DNA of 59,319 bases from Chloroflexota bacterium (GCA_005882775.1 VBDY01000129.1:1-59319), one strand, 5' to 3'. Counted from the stretch's first letter, positions 24,754-35,017 are shown. Notes: generated by a model not told the origin, from the letters alone. Numbers and translations are program-made.

Positions 24754-25866
24754 TCACCCGTGGTCGGGTGCTGCCTCGTCCCTCTCGATCAGCACCGGGT
24801 CCGGGCGCAGCGCCAGCCGCACCCGGGTGCCGGCGGGGTGGGCGGCGGCGTCCGAGGTCGCCAGCTGGGCGAGGACGGTCACGTCTCCCAGGTCGACGGT
24901 CACCCGGCTGGTGGCGCCCAGGAAGGCGGTCGCGATCACGGTTCCGTTCAGGGGTCCGGGGGTGCTGTCACCCTCGCCCGCGAGCGTGACGGCCTCGGGG
25001 CGGACCAGTGCCACCGCCGGCCCGTTGGTCGCGTCGGTTTGCACAAGAGGCAGGCGCGTTCCCCTCACCTCGACGGCACCGTCGCGAACCACCCCGTTGA
25101 GCCGGTTGGTCAGACCGACGAAAGAGGCGACGAACGGCGTGGCCGGCCGCGAGTACACAGTCATCGGTGGTCCCAGCTGCTCCAGGCGGCCCGACTGCAT
25201 GACCCCGACGCGGTCGGCGATGGCAAGCGCCTCCTCCTGGTCGTGGGTGACGAAGAGAGTCGTGGTCCCGACCTCGAGCTGCACTCGGCGGATCTCGTCC
25301 CGCAGCCGCGCCCGGACCTTGGCGTCGAGGGCCGACAGCGGCTCGTCCAGAAGTAGGACCTTTGGCTTGATCGCCAGCGCGCGCGCGAGCGCAACCCGCT
25401 GCTGCTGGCCGCCCGAGAGCTGGTGCGCGTACTTGTGGGCGTGAGGGGAAAGTCCGACCAGCTCGAGCATGTCACTCGCCCGCTTCCGGCGCTCGGCAAC
25501 CCCGACCCTGTGCAGTTGCATACCGAAGGCCACGTTCTGCATCGCCGTCATGTGCGGGAACAGCGAGTAGGCCTGGAACACCATGCCGATCTCGCGTTTG
25601 TTGGCCGGCACGTTGGTGACGTCCTCGCCACCGAAGACCACGCGTCCGCCGTCGGTCTCTTCGAGGCCCGCGACGAGCCGGAGCGCGGTGGTCTTGCCGC
25701 AGCCCGAAGGTCCCAGCAGGGCCACGAGCTCGCCAGGCGCGAGGGTCAGGCTGAGTCCATCCAGGGCGGTGACCCCGGCGTATCGCCGTTTCAGATCCTC
25801 GAGCCGGACCTCGACCCCGGCGCGCGCCGACGGACGGCTGCTGGCCCCAGAGCTGGAGCTCACCAC
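24754..25866 (-). CDS. ABC transporter ATP-binding protein (PotA/FbpC-like, TOBE domain)
   Basis: GPSGCGKTT, LSGGQQQRVALARA, LLLDEP, VTHDQEEA. Confidence 0.95.
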   Translation of the reverse strand: MVSSSSGASSRPSARAGVEVRLEDLKRRYAGVTALDGLSLTLAPGELVALLGPSGCGKTTALRLVAGLEETDGGRVVFGGEDVTNVPANKREIGMVFQAYSLFPHMTAMQNVAFGMQLHRVGVAERRKRASDMLELVGLSPHAHKYAHQLSGGQQQRVALARALAIKPKVLLLDEPLSALDAKVRARLRDEIRRVQLEVGTTTLFVTHDQEEALAIADRVGVMQSGRLEQLGPPMTVYSRPATPFVASFVGLTNRLNGVVRDGAVEVRGTRLPLVQTDATNGPAVALVRPEAVTLAGEGDSTPGPLNGTVIATAFLGATSRVTVDLGDVTVLAQLATSDAAAHPAGTRVRLALRPDPVLIERDEAAPDHG

Positions 25867-25867
25867 G

Positions 25868-26671
25868 TCAAGCCGCCTCCTCCGCCCGTGCCACCCGTTC
25901 CCGTGGCCGGCCGACGAACGACAGGATCAGCAGCAGGACGAATGCGAACATCAGGGCCGCCACCGCGACGGCGATCGAGGTGCCGGCGCTGACGAAGCTC
26001 TGGTACAGGATCGCCACCTGCAGGTTTTCGTAGAGCAGCAGGTTGGCGAAGGTGAACTCTCCGAGCACGAGCGCGACAGAGAGCAGGCACGCGTTCAGGA
26101 TCGCGGTCGACATGTTCGGGACGACCACTCGCAGCATCACCGTGCCCCATCCCGCCCCGAGGCTGCGAGCCGCCTCGGTCAGCGTCTTGAGGTCAATGGA
26201 AGCAAGACCGGCGTCCAGCGTTCGATAGCTGTAGGGCAGGACGAGGACGAGATAGGCGAACGCGAGCATCAGGATCGATTCACTCACGTTGATCTTGATC
26301 CACCTGTACAGCGGCACCATGCCGACGACCAGGGCGATCGCCGGGACCGTGAGCGGCAGCAGGCAGATGAACTCGATGATTCTCCTCAAAGCGGGAAGGC
26401 GCAGCCGCACCCAGACCATGGTCGGTAGAAGCAGAGCCAGCATGGCGACCGAGGTGATCACGGCCAGTTGCAGCGAAACGGAGATCGCCTGGACGAGATC
26501 GGGAACCTTGATGATGGCCGTCCACGTGTCCAGCGTCCGCGGTGCGGTCAGGCTGTTTCCGCGCGTCGAGAACTCGAACATGGCGCCGATCGGAACTAGA
26601 AAGAACGCACCCATGACCAGGAAGACGGTGATGCGAAAGATCCGCAGCCTGAGACGGCGCGCGCTGTTCAC
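25868..26671 (-). CDS. ABC transporter permease
   Basis: EAARSLGA loop and TM segments; start placed at GTG 26671. Confidence 0.9.
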   Translation of the reverse strand: MNSARRLRLRIFRITVFLVMGAFFLVPIGAMFEFSTRGNSLTAPRTLDTWTAIIKVPDLVQAISVSLQLAVITSVAMLALLLPTMVWVRLRLPALRRIIEFICLLPLTVPAIALVVGMVPLYRWIKINVSESILMLAFAYLVLVLPYSYRTLDAGLASIDLKTLTEAARSLGAGWGTVMLRVVVPNMSTAILNACLLSVALVLGEFTFANLLLYENLQVAILYQSFVSAGTSIAVAVAALMFAFVLLLILSFVGRPRERVARAEEAA

Positions 26672-26696
26672 TCGAGCGCGTCCGGGCGGTGAACGC

Positions 26697-27599
26697 TCAT
26701 CGCAGCCATCGGGCACTTCGTTGCTGCAGCACCGCGTAGAGGACCGTGACGATCGTGACGATGAGAATCATGGATAGGGCGAGCGCTTTCGCGAGTCCGG
26801 GCTGGGCGCGTCCTGTCTCGCTGGTGAGCAGGTTGCTGATTGCCAGGGGCACGATCAGGTTGCCTTGCGAGATGAGAGCTTGCGCTGTGGCGTAAGCGGA
26901 GAAAGCGTTCGCGAAAAGGAGTAGCGTGCAGCCCAAAAATGATGGCGCCAGTAACGGGCCCGCTACGTATCGCCAGTAGTGCCAGGTGGTGCCGCCCAGG
27001 CTCTCGGTCGCCTCACGCCACTGCGGCCGGATGCCGTCGAGCGCCGGTAGAAAGACGAGAACCATCAGGGGGATCTGGAAATACGCGTAGAGGAGGGTGA
27101 GGCCGCTCAGCTCGTACAGCCAGACACCGTTCGGGAAGATGTCGATTCCGTGGTCCTTGAGGAATATGGTCACGACCCCTGTCGTTCCGAGCGTGGCGAG
27201 GAATGCGAAGGCAAGGGTCACGCCGCCGAACTGAGCGAGCACGCCGGAGGCCGACGTCACCGCGCGCCGTAGTAGGCCACGCGGACTTCCGGTGACCACC
27301 GCATAAGCCAGCAGCGCGCCGGCGAACCCTCCGGCCAGGGCGCTCACGACCGAAACTACGGCGCCGTTCACGAAAGACTTGACCAGGTATGGCTGGTTGA
27401 TTGACGTGAAGTTGGAGATGGTCAGACTGCCGTCCTTGGCGGCAAACGACCCGGCAGCAATGATCACGGTGGGCAAGAGCAGGAACACTCCAACGTACGC
27501 GAAGAATGGCACCACCCCGAGCCAGGAAAGACGCAGCCGCCGCCCGCCCCCGGTGGGGCGAGCGGCGGCCTTAACGGCGGGGATGCCGGCAGACGTCAA
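26697..27599 (-). CDS. ABC transporter permease
   Basis: WREATESLGG loop and TM segments. Confidence 0.9.
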   Translation of the reverse strand: MTSAGIPAVKAAARPTGGGRRLRLSWLGVVPFFAYVGVFLLLPTVIIAAGSFAAKDGSLTISNFTSINQPYLVKSFVNGAVVSVVSALAGGFAGALLAYAVVTGSPRGLLRRAVTSASGVLAQFGGVTLAFAFLATLGTTGVVTIFLKDHGIDIFPNGVWLYELSGLTLLYAYFQIPLMVLVFLPALDGIRPQWREATESLGGTTWHYWRYVAGPLLAPSFLGCTLLLFANAFSAYATAQALISQGNLIVPLAISNLLTSETGRAQPGLAKALALSMILIVTIVTVLYAVLQQRSARWLR

Positions 27600-28726
27600 C
27601 CGATGGCCGCCGACCAGTGGGCCGAGACGTATGTACCCGCGGCGACCTGCTGAGCCTGAGTCGGGTAGAGTGGCGTGCCGGTCACAGCCGGCAGCGCCGA
27701 GAGGGCAGTCGTATCAATCGTTCCAGCCGTTTTCATGACCGACTGGCGGACCGGCCGGCAAGCACCCTTGAGATAGATGTTCTGTCCTGCATCTGAGTAG
27801 ATGAACTCCTCCCAGAGCCGCGCGGCGGCGGGGTGGGGGGCCGTCTTGCTGATGGCCTGCGCATAGGACCCAAAGATCGTCGCGTTCGTAGGCACGAAGA
27901 CCTTCCAGGTCGAGACATCCTTCACGTGGGTCAATGAGTTGTAGTCCCATTGAAAAAGGACCGGGGTCTGCCCGGCTTTGACAGTGGCGGACGTGCCGAT
28001 CACAGGCACGAAGTTACCCGCCACCTTCAGCTGATGGAAGAAGTCGACACCCTTGCTCACGTCGTCAAGCGAACCGCCGTTGGCGACCGACGCCAGGATG
28101 ACGCCGTTCAAGGCCTGGTTGGATTGGGTGGGGTCGCCGGCGAGCGCGACCTTGCTCTTGAACCCAGAACCGAGCAGGTCCTGGACGGAATTGATGGTAC
28201 CTCCGGGGACCTTGCTCGAATCGTAGCCGATGGCCATGAAGCCTCCGTAGTCCGAGTACCACAGGCCGGTCGATTCCTTCAGGCTGCCCGGGATGTCGCC
28301 CCAGGTCGTTACCTTGTATGGAGCGAAGACCGACGTGTTTGAGACGGCGACTTTGAGCCCCACGTCCACCACGTCAGGGGCGGTCGAGGTGCCCGCGTTC
28401 TGGTTGATGGCATCGACCTCCTGCTGGCTGCTGCCGTTGGGGTTTTCGGAGTTGACTGCGATGCCGTACTTGGCCGTGAAGGCACTGATGGCGTCGCCGT
28501 AGTCGCACCAGTTTGGGGGTAGCGCGATCACATTGAGCTTGCCCTCGGCCTTGGCCGCCGTGACCAGTGCCGACATCCCGCCCATATCTGCCGCCGAGGT
28601 GGCGGTCTTTGCGTCGGCGGTCCCCGTCGTGGTGGTCGACCCGCAGGCGGACAGCAACAGCATCGCCCCGGCCAGGATCACCAGTGGCCGGGCGCGGTCG
28701 AATCTTCGGAGTCGGGTGTGCTCCAT
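27596..28726 (-). CDS. ABC transporter substrate-binding lipoprotein
   Basis: Lipobox LLSAC; AAKAEGKL; APHPAAARLWEEF; SD AGGGAGGGG before ATG 28726. Confidence 0.9.
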   Translation of the reverse strand: MEHTRLRRFDRARPLVILAGAMLLLSACGSTTTTGTADAKTATSAADMGGMSALVTAAKAEGKLNVIALPPNWCDYGDAISAFTAKYGIAVNSENPNGSSQQEVDAINQNAGTSTAPDVVDVGLKVAVSNTSVFAPYKVTTWGDIPGSLKESTGLWYSDYGGFMAIGYDSSKVPGGTINSVQDLLGSGFKSKVALAGDPTQSNQALNGVILASVANGGSLDDVSKGVDFFHQLKVAGNFVPVIGTSATVKAGQTPVLFQWDYNSLTHVKDVSTWKVFVPTNATIFGSYAQAISKTAPHPAAARLWEEFIYSDAGQNIYLKGACRPVRQSVMKTAGTIDTTALSALPAVTGTPLYPTQAQQVAAGTYVSAHWSAAIG

Positions 28727-28836
28727 GTTCCCCTCCCTTCGTGGGTTCAGCTTGTGTACCCCCCGTTTAACCATCTCCCGGACCGGATGTCAAGGAAGGG
28801 CAGGTTAAGCCCTGGTTATGGCGCAGACTGATACCT

Positions 28837-29253
28837 ATCGCCCAGGATCAGGCTGAACTCACCCCCCTCCCGGCTCAATTCCTGCGTGCGCTCGAGGGCC
28901 AGGAGGAGGTCGTCGTCAGCTCGCGAGAGGGCTCGACCGAGCGGAGCGTCCACGTATGGTTCATCGTGGCGCCGCCCGGTGTGCTCTACCTGTTCGGTGA
29001 CCCCTTCTCGTTCCGGGCCCGGCGCTGGCGGACCGACGCCTGGGTGCGGGTGAGCCTGCCGGCAGCCGGCGCGATGCTCGAGAGCCGGGTTCATTTCGTT
29101 CGGGCCGACGAGCTCACTCCCGAGCTGGTGGACGCGGTCGTCGAACGCTGGGGGATGTGGGGTGCGGTTACGCCCGAGGGCCTGCGCCGGATGGTGGCTG
29201 ATGGGGCGATCGCGCTGGTTCGGGTTGAGGGTTCCTCAGCTTCTCCAGGATGA
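28837..29253 (+). CDS. Hypothetical protein, possibly PPOX/split-barrel fold
   Basis: Frame of ORF 28966..29253 is open upstream with LRALEGQEEVVVSSREGSTERSVHVWF; start uncertain (ATC 28837). Confidence 0.55.
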   Translation: MAQDQAELTPLPAQFLRALEGQEEVVVSSREGSTERSVHVWFIVAPPGVLYLFGDPFSFRARRWRTDAWVRVSLPAAGAMLESRVHFVRADELTPELVDAVVERWGMWGAVTPEGLRRMVADGAIALVRVEGSSASPG

Positions 29254-29995
29254 CGTCGTGGAGCAGGCCGTTGGTAGCGACCGCATTACCGCCGTCGTAG
29301 GTCCGCCGCCCCTCGAAGTCCGTCAGCCGCCCGCCCGCCTCCTCGACCAGGACCAGCGGGGCGGCCAGGTCCCAGGGGTAGAGTTCGGGCTCGATCATTG
29401 CCTCGCCCGTACCCTCGGCCACCAGGGCATAACCCCAGAAGTCGCCGAAGCCACGGTCGCGCCAGGCCGAGCCGATAACCGCGTCGAACCCCTGCTCTCT
29501 CCCGACCGCCTGGAACGCCGTGCGCGACGCGTAGAAGACCTGCGCGTCTTTTAGTGCCGCCACTCGCGACACCGACAGCCGGCGATTTGCCGACCAGGCG
29601 CCCGCTCCCCGTTGCGCGCGCCAGCGTTCGCGCATGGCCGGGGCAGAGATGACGCCGAGCTGCACCTCCCCGGCCCGCTCGAGCGCGAGCAGGGTGGCGA
29701 ATACCGGGACACCGCGGACGAAGTTGCTGGTCGAGTCGATCGGATCGATGATCCATCGGGTCTCCCCATCACCCGACACATTCCCGAGCTCCTCACCGAG
29801 CACGCCGTGGGACGGGAACGACTTCTCGATACGCTCGCGCAACATTTTTTCGATGCCGGTGTCCGCCTCGGTGACCAGCGATCGGTCCGGCTTGGTGGTC
29901 ACCGCGTGGTCCCGCCGAAAGTGCCGGAGCGCGATCCGGTCGGCCTCGTCACAGAGCTCCATGGCGAAGGCCAGGAGGCGGTCTGACTCGGTCAC
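29168..29995 (-). CDS. hisN: Inositol monophosphatase family, histidinol-phosphatase-like
   Basis: KPDRSLVTEAD, GEE, WIIDPIDST.NF.RG.P, RGFGDFW, WDLAA; GTG 29995. Confidence 0.75.
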   Translation of the reverse strand: MTESDRLLAFAMELCDEADRIALRHFRRDHAVTTKPDRSLVTEADTGIEKMLRERIEKSFPSHGVLGEELGNVSGDGETRWIIDPIDSTSNFVRGVPVFATLLALERAGEVQLGVISAPAMRERWRAQRGAGAWSANRRLSVSRVAALKDAQVFYASRTAFQAVGREQGFDAVIGSAWRDRGFGDFWGYALVAEGTGEAMIEPELYPWDLAAPLVLVEEAGGRLTDFEGRRTYDGGNAVATNGLLHDVILEKLRNPQPEPARSPHQPPSGAGPRA

Positions 29996-32421
29996 GCCTT
30001 GATCCGGGCCCCGGTCGGGTCGTAGAGCGGCTCGGCCGCGACCGACCCGGGGATCCAGCGGCCGAACACCTCCACCTCGACAGCGGTACCGGCAACGGCG
30101 TGCTCGATGGGCAGATAGGCGTAGGCGATGCTCCGGTCGATCGTGTAGCCATAACCGCCGCTGGTAACCCGGCCCAGCGGTCGATGATTTACCCGTACCG
30201 GCTCGCCGCCGAGCGCGATCCAGCGGGCCTCGTCGAGCAGGATGGGACAGAGCTTGCGCGTGATGCCCTGCTCCCTGGCGCGAACCAGGGCCTCTTTGCC
30301 GATGAATTCGACCGGCTTGCGCAGACGGACGGCAAAACCGAGCCCGGCCTCGTAGGGGTTGTCCTCGGGGGTGATGTCGCTGCTCCAGACCCGGTATCCC
30401 TTCTCCAGTCGCATTGAATCGATCGCCCGGTAACCTGCGGCCACCAGGCCATGTGCGCGGCCCGCGTCCCAGAGTGTGTCCCAGAGCTGCGCCCCGAACT
30501 CGACCGGACAGTACAGCTCCCATCCCAGCTCGCCGACGTAGGTCACGCGCAACGACCGGCACGGGGTGAAGCCCACCATCACCGATTGCTCGGTCAGGTA
30601 GGGGAAGGCATCGTTCGACAGGTTGCTGTCGGTCAGCGGCTGAAGAATCTCGCGGGCCAGCGGTCCCCAGAGTCCCAGACACGCCCAGGCCGAGGTGACG
30701 TCCGTGATCACGACGCTGCCGTTATCCGGCTGGTGGCGCCGCATCCATTCGATGTCGTGGTTGCCGAACGCGGTGCCGGTCACGATGTAATAGCGGTCTT
30801 CTCCCAGCCGGCTGACCGTGAAGTCGCACTCGATTCCACCCCGCCGGTTGAGCATCTGGGTGTAGGTGATGCTGCCCACCGGCTTGTCCAGGTCGTTGTC
30901 GCAGAGCCGCTGGAGGAATTCGCCGGCGCCGCCACCCGATATCTCGATCTTGGCGAAGGAAGTCTCGTCGAACAGGCCGGCTCGCTCCCGGGTGGCACGG
31001 TGCTCCGCGCCAATGGCTGAGGACCAGTGTTCACCCGCCCACCCCAGGGGCCGGCGTTCACCATCGACTGACGCGTTGACCTCGAACCAGTTCGGTCGCT
31101 CCCAGCCGGATTTCTCGCCGAAGGCGGCGCCCAGCTCCTTGAGTCGGGAGTAGGTGGGCGCGAGGCGGAGTGGCCGTCCGGCGACCCGCTCCTCGTTGGG
31201 ATAGTGGATGTCGTAGTAGGTGGAGTAGACCTCCACCGCGCGGGCCAGCGTGTAGGCGCGGCTCCGGTACTGCGCACCGAACCGGCGAGTGTCCATTCGC
31301 CAGAGGTCGAGGCTAGGCTCGCCGTCGACGATCCACTCCGCCATCAGGCGGCCCATGCCGCCCGCGCCGGCTATGCCGTGGGCGCAGAACCCGGCCGCCA
31401 CGAACAGTCCGCGCACCGCCGACTCGCCAAGGATGAACTCGTTGTCGGGCGTGAAAGCCTCAGGCCCGTTGATCAGCCGGACCACCTCACCGGACTCCAG
31501 CCCCGGCACCCGCTTGACCGCGTTCTCCGAGAGCTCGCTGAAGCGCTCCCAGTCTTCGGGTAACAACCGGTTGTTGAAATCGGGCGGGACCCCGTCGAGT
31601 CCGAAGGGCGCGGGATGCCGCTCGTATCCACCCATCACCAGACCCCCCGCGTCGCGCCGGAAATAGACGAGCAGGTCGGGGTCACGCATGGTGGGCAGGT
31701 CGTCGGGGACCGGCTCCCGGAGCCGAGACACCAGGTACTGATGCGCCATGGGGATGATGGGGATGGTCAGACCAGCCATGGCTGCGATCTCCGGTGCGTA
31801 GATGCCACCGGCGTTGATCACCACCTCGGTAGCGATCGGGCCGTCGCTCGTCTCCACTCCGGTCACCCGGCCTCGATCGACGCGGATGCCCGTGACTCGG
31901 ACTCCCTGGTAAAGGGTTGCGCCGCGGCGGCGAGCCCCTTCGGCGAGAGCGAGCGCCAGACCGCTCGGGTCCAGGTATCCGTCGGTCGGAAGAAAGGCTG
32001 CGCCCAGGACGCCGTCTGTGGTCATCAGCGGAAACCGTCGACCGGCTTCGGCCCCATCCACGATCTCCAGCGGAAGCCCAAAGCTCTTTCCCCAACCTGC
32101 CTGCCGGTGGAGCTCCTCCATTCGCGCCGGCGACGAAGCCAGCCGCAGGCTGCCCACCTCGCGCCACCCCGGGTCTACCCCGGTCTCATCCTTGAGCCGC
32201 CGGTAGAGGTCGACGCTCAGCATCATCATTCGCGTCAGGGGCTGGGTCGAGCGCAGCTGCCCCACCAGGCCGGCGGAGTGGAAGGTCGATCCACTCGTGA
32301 GCTCGGCTCGCTCGATCAGGACGGTCTCCCGCCACCCGCGCTCGGCGAGGTGATAGGCGATGCTGGTGCCGCCCACGCCGCCGCCGATGACGACGGCGCG
32401 CGCGCTTGACGGAACCGTCAT
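29992..32421 (-). CDS. GcvT family FAD-dependent oxidoreductase (dimethylglycine/sarcosine dehydrogenase-like)
   Basis: VIGGGVGG, SGSTFHSAG, NGPEAFTPD, TYVGELGWE, RLEKGY; ATG 32421. Confidence 0.92.
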   Translation of the reverse strand: MTVPSSARAVVIGGGVGGTSIAYHLAERGWRETVLIERAELTSGSTFHSAGLVGQLRSTQPLTRMMMLSVDLYRRLKDETGVDPGWREVGSLRLASSPARMEELHRQAGWGKSFGLPLEIVDGAEAGRRFPLMTTDGVLGAAFLPTDGYLDPSGLALALAEGARRRGATLYQGVRVTGIRVDRGRVTGVETSDGPIATEVVINAGGIYAPEIAAMAGLTIPIIPMAHQYLVSRLREPVPDDLPTMRDPDLLVYFRRDAGGLVMGGYERHPAPFGLDGVPPDFNNRLLPEDWERFSELSENAVKRVPGLESGEVVRLINGPEAFTPDNEFILGESAVRGLFVAAGFCAHGIAGAGGMGRLMAEWIVDGEPSLDLWRMDTRRFGAQYRSRAYTLARAVEVYSTYYDIHYPNEERVAGRPLRLAPTYSRLKELGAAFGEKSGWERPNWFEVNASVDGERRPLGWAGEHWSSAIGAEHRATRERAGLFDETSFAKIEISGGGAGEFLQRLCDNDLDKPVGSITYTQMLNRRGGIECDFTVSRLGEDRYYIVTGTAFGNHDIEWMRRHQPDNGSVVITDVTSAWACLGLWGPLAREILQPLTDSNLSNDAFPYLTEQSVMVGFTPCRSLRVTYVGELGWELYCPVEFGAQLWDTLWDAGRAHGLVAAGYRAIDSMRLEKGYRVWSSDITPEDNPYEAGLGFAVRLRKPVEFIGKEALVRAREQGITRKLCPILLDEARWIALGGEPVRVNHRPLGRVTSGGYGYTIDRSIAYAYLPIEHAVAGTAVEVEVFGRWIPGSVAAEPLYDPTGARIKA

Positions 32422-33317
32422 GCCACCAGCCGCAGCCACTGCCGGTAGCTCGGCTGGCCTGCCGCGGCCAGGAGTCGCTGGAAGTGCTTGTCGGCGTAGG
32501 CGCGGAAATCGAAGTCGAGGTCGGAGATCCCTTGCTGGACGACTCCCCACATCGCCTCGCGAAAATCGGACATCACGCGCATCAGGCGAAGCCGCGCCTC
32601 CTGGGATGGTCCGGCCTGGCCCAAGTAGGCCTGAAGGAAATAGCGCTCCTCGTCGTCGGGAAGCTGGTGGTTAACGGCGAAGTTCGCCAGGTCGAAGAAC
32701 CGGTCGCCCATCCCCGCGTACTCCCAGTCGACGATCCGGATGCTCGAGCCGTCGTCGATGAAGTTGGCGTTGAGCAGGTCGTTGTGGCAGAGGCAGGGTG
32801 GCTGCACCGGCAGTGCGGCTTCGATCTCCGCGGCGACGGCGGCGGCGGTCGCATAGGCCGGCGGAACCGTCACCGCAAGCGATCCAGCGGTCGATGCGTA
32901 CTGCTCGACGATTCGAAACGCCGAGAACGACGCCGGCACGATACCCGCGCCGTGGATCCGGCGGAGTGCCGCGGCCACGCCGCGCAGGGTTTCCGGGAGA
33001 TGGACGGCTGCGTCGCTGACCGGCTGCCCCTCGATGAACCGGGTGACAAGGACCCCCTGCGGCCGCAGGAATGCAACAACCTCGGGGCCAACCCCGGCGG
33101 CGGCAGCCAGCCGGCTCGCCTGGTGCTCGACCTCGCGATCGATACCCAGCAGGGCGCCCTGTTCGGCCGGCATTCGCACCACGTAGGTGCCTCCATCGAT
33201 GACCACCCGGTAGTTGCGGTTGGTGATGCCGCCGCCAAGGGTTTCGATGGATCGAGGGAGCCCCGCCCAGCCGGGCACCTGGTCGAGCAGGGCGGCAGCC
33301 TGCAGTCCCGCGCTCAT
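32418..33317 (-). CDS. Choline/ethanolamine kinase family phosphotransferase
   Basis: LGGGITNRNY, CHNDLLNANF, DWEYAGMGD. Confidence 0.88.
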   Translation of the reverse strand: MSAGLQAAALLDQVPGWAGLPRSIETLGGGITNRNYRVVIDGGTYVVRMPAEQGALLGIDREVEHQASRLAAAAGVGPEVVAFLRPQGVLVTRFIEGQPVSDAAVHLPETLRGVAAALRRIHGAGIVPASFSAFRIVEQYASTAGSLAVTVPPAYATAAAVAAEIEAALPVQPPCLCHNDLLNANFIDDGSSIRIVDWEYAGMGDRFFDLANFAVNHQLPDDEERYFLQAYLGQAGPSQEARLRLMRVMSDFREAMWGVVQQGISDLDFDFRAYADKHFQRLLAAAGQPSYRQWLRLVA

Positions 33318-33355
33318 GCATCGCTAGGGTACGCGGTTGTTATGCTCGGCCTAGC

Positions 33356-35017
33356 TTGCCCGCCACGCCGCAGTCGACGCGTTACCGGCAGATCACTTGG
33401 GCCCTCGGCCGGCACGGTCTCGGTTTCCTGGTCAGCATCCTGGGTCTCGACCGGTTTGTCCCCCTGCATCATGGCGTGCTGGGCTACACCCGGCGGATCC
33501 AGCCGTACACCCGGCCCGAGCGTGTCCGCCTCACGTTCGAGGACCTGGGGGTCACCTTCATCAAGCTCGGTCAGATCCTTTCGACAAGGGCCGACCTGAT
33601 GCCGCCCGCTTATCAAACGGAGCTGGCCAAGCTCCAGGACGAGGCGCCGCCACTGCCCGAAAACGTGGTCCGTCAGGTCATCGCCGGGGAGCTCGGAAGG
33701 CCGGTCGAGGAAGTCTTCAAGACCTTCGAAGCCCAGCCGCTCGCGGCGGCTTCGATCGGCCAGGTGCATGCGGCCACGCTGCAGGACGGGACCGAGGTCG
33801 TGGTCAAGGTGCAGCGGCCCGGGTCAGTCGATCAGATCCACCAGGACCTGAAAATTCTCGAGACGCTTGCCGCGACCGCGCGCCGGCGCTGGGCACTCGC
33901 CGAGCAGTACGACGCCGTCGGCCTGGTCAACGAGTTCGGCCAGACCCTGCGTGCCGAGACCGACTACGTCCGGGAGGGCCAGAACGCCGAGCGCTTTCGG
34001 GAGAATTTCGCCGGCGACGAGGACGTTTATTTTCCGAAGGTGTTCTGGGAGACCACCACCCGTAGGGTGCTCACCCTGGAGCGTGTCCGCGGTATCAAGA
34101 TCGACAACTTTGCCGCGCTGGACGCGGCCGGCATCGACCGGTCGGAAGTCGCCCGGCGGGGGGCCGACACCGTGCTCAAGATGGTCTTCCGGGACGGCTT
34201 CTACCACGCCGACCCGCATCCCGGCAACTTCTTCATCGAGCCCGGCGGCAGGATCAACGTTGTCGATTTCGGCATGGTCGGCACGGTTGACGAGCGCACC
34301 CGCGAACAGCTGGTCTGGGCCCTGATCGCGTTCGCGAGCGACGACCCGGAGCGCCAGGTCGACACCCTGTTCGAGCTCGGCGTCGCCCGGAAGCGAGTCG
34401 ACCGGGCCAACCTGCAACGCGACGTCGAGCACCTCCGCGCTCGCTACTACGGCCGGCCGGTGGGGGAGATCGAGATCCGGCCGGTGCTGCGGGACGTGCT
34501 GTCTTTTGTCCGGACTCACCGGCTGCAGCTTCCTCCCGGATTCGCCCTGCTGGTCAAGACCGTGGTGATGCACGAGAACCTGGTCACTCAGCTGGACCCG
34601 AGCTTCGACTTCACCGCCGTGCTGGTCCCCTATGCCCGGCGGCTGATGATGCGTCACTACTCGCCTATGTCGTGGGCGCGCTGGGCGGGGCAGGCCGCGG
34701 TCGACGCCGCTCGGCTGGCGACCGAGCTTCCCCAGCAGGCCCGCCGGCTGGTGGCGGCGCTGGAGCGGGGTGACGTGGAGCTGGCTGTGCGCCCATCCGG
34801 CTTTGACCCGGTGCTGCGACGGGTCGAGCGGATCGCAAACCGGGTAGTCCTTGGCATCGTTGCCGCATCATTCGTGATCGCGCTCGCGGTGCTGCTGGCC
34901 GCCTACCACGTGCGCCCCGAGCAAGGGGTGGTTAGCATCCTGCTGCTCGGCTTCATCGCCGCGGTGGCGCTGGGTGCCTACGTGGCCTGGAGCATCCTCC
35001 GCTCCGGCCGGCCGTAA
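33356..35017 (+). CDS. ABC1/UbiB/AarF family kinase
   Basis: FIKLGQILSTR, AAASIGQVH, VKVQRPG, HADPHPGN, DFGMVG; two C-terminal TM segments. Confidence 0.93.
   Translation: MPATPQSTRYRQITWALGRHGLGFLVSILGLDRFVPLHHGVLGYTRRIQPYTRPERVRLTFEDLGVTFIKLGQILSTRADLMPPAYQTELAKLQDEAPPLPENVVRQVIAGELGRPVEEVFKTFEAQPLAAASIGQVHAATLQDGTEVVVKVQRPGSVDQIHQDLKILETLAATARRRWALAEQYDAVGLVNEFGQTLRAETDYVREGQNAERFRENFAGDEDVYFPKVFWETTTRRVLTLERVRGIKIDNFAALDAAGIDRSEVARRGADTVLKMVFRDGFYHADPHPGNFFIEPGGRINVVDFGMVGTVDERTREQLVWALIAFASDDPERQVDTLFELGVARKRVDRANLQRDVEHLRARYYGRPVGEIEIRPVLRDVLSFVRTHRLQLPPGFALLVKTVVMHENLVTQLDPSFDFTAVLVPYARRLMMRHYSPMSWARWAGQAAVDAARLATELPQQARRLVAALERGDVELAVRPSGFDPVLRRVERIANRVVLGIVAASFVIALAVLLAAYHVRPEQGVVSILLLGFIAAVALGAYVAWSILRSGRP

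Noticed and set aside
28764-28795. GntR/PhnF-type operator near the ABC operon promoter (ATGGTTAAAC, minus strand)
   Set aside because: Match is too short and imperfect, and no regulator gene is adjacent
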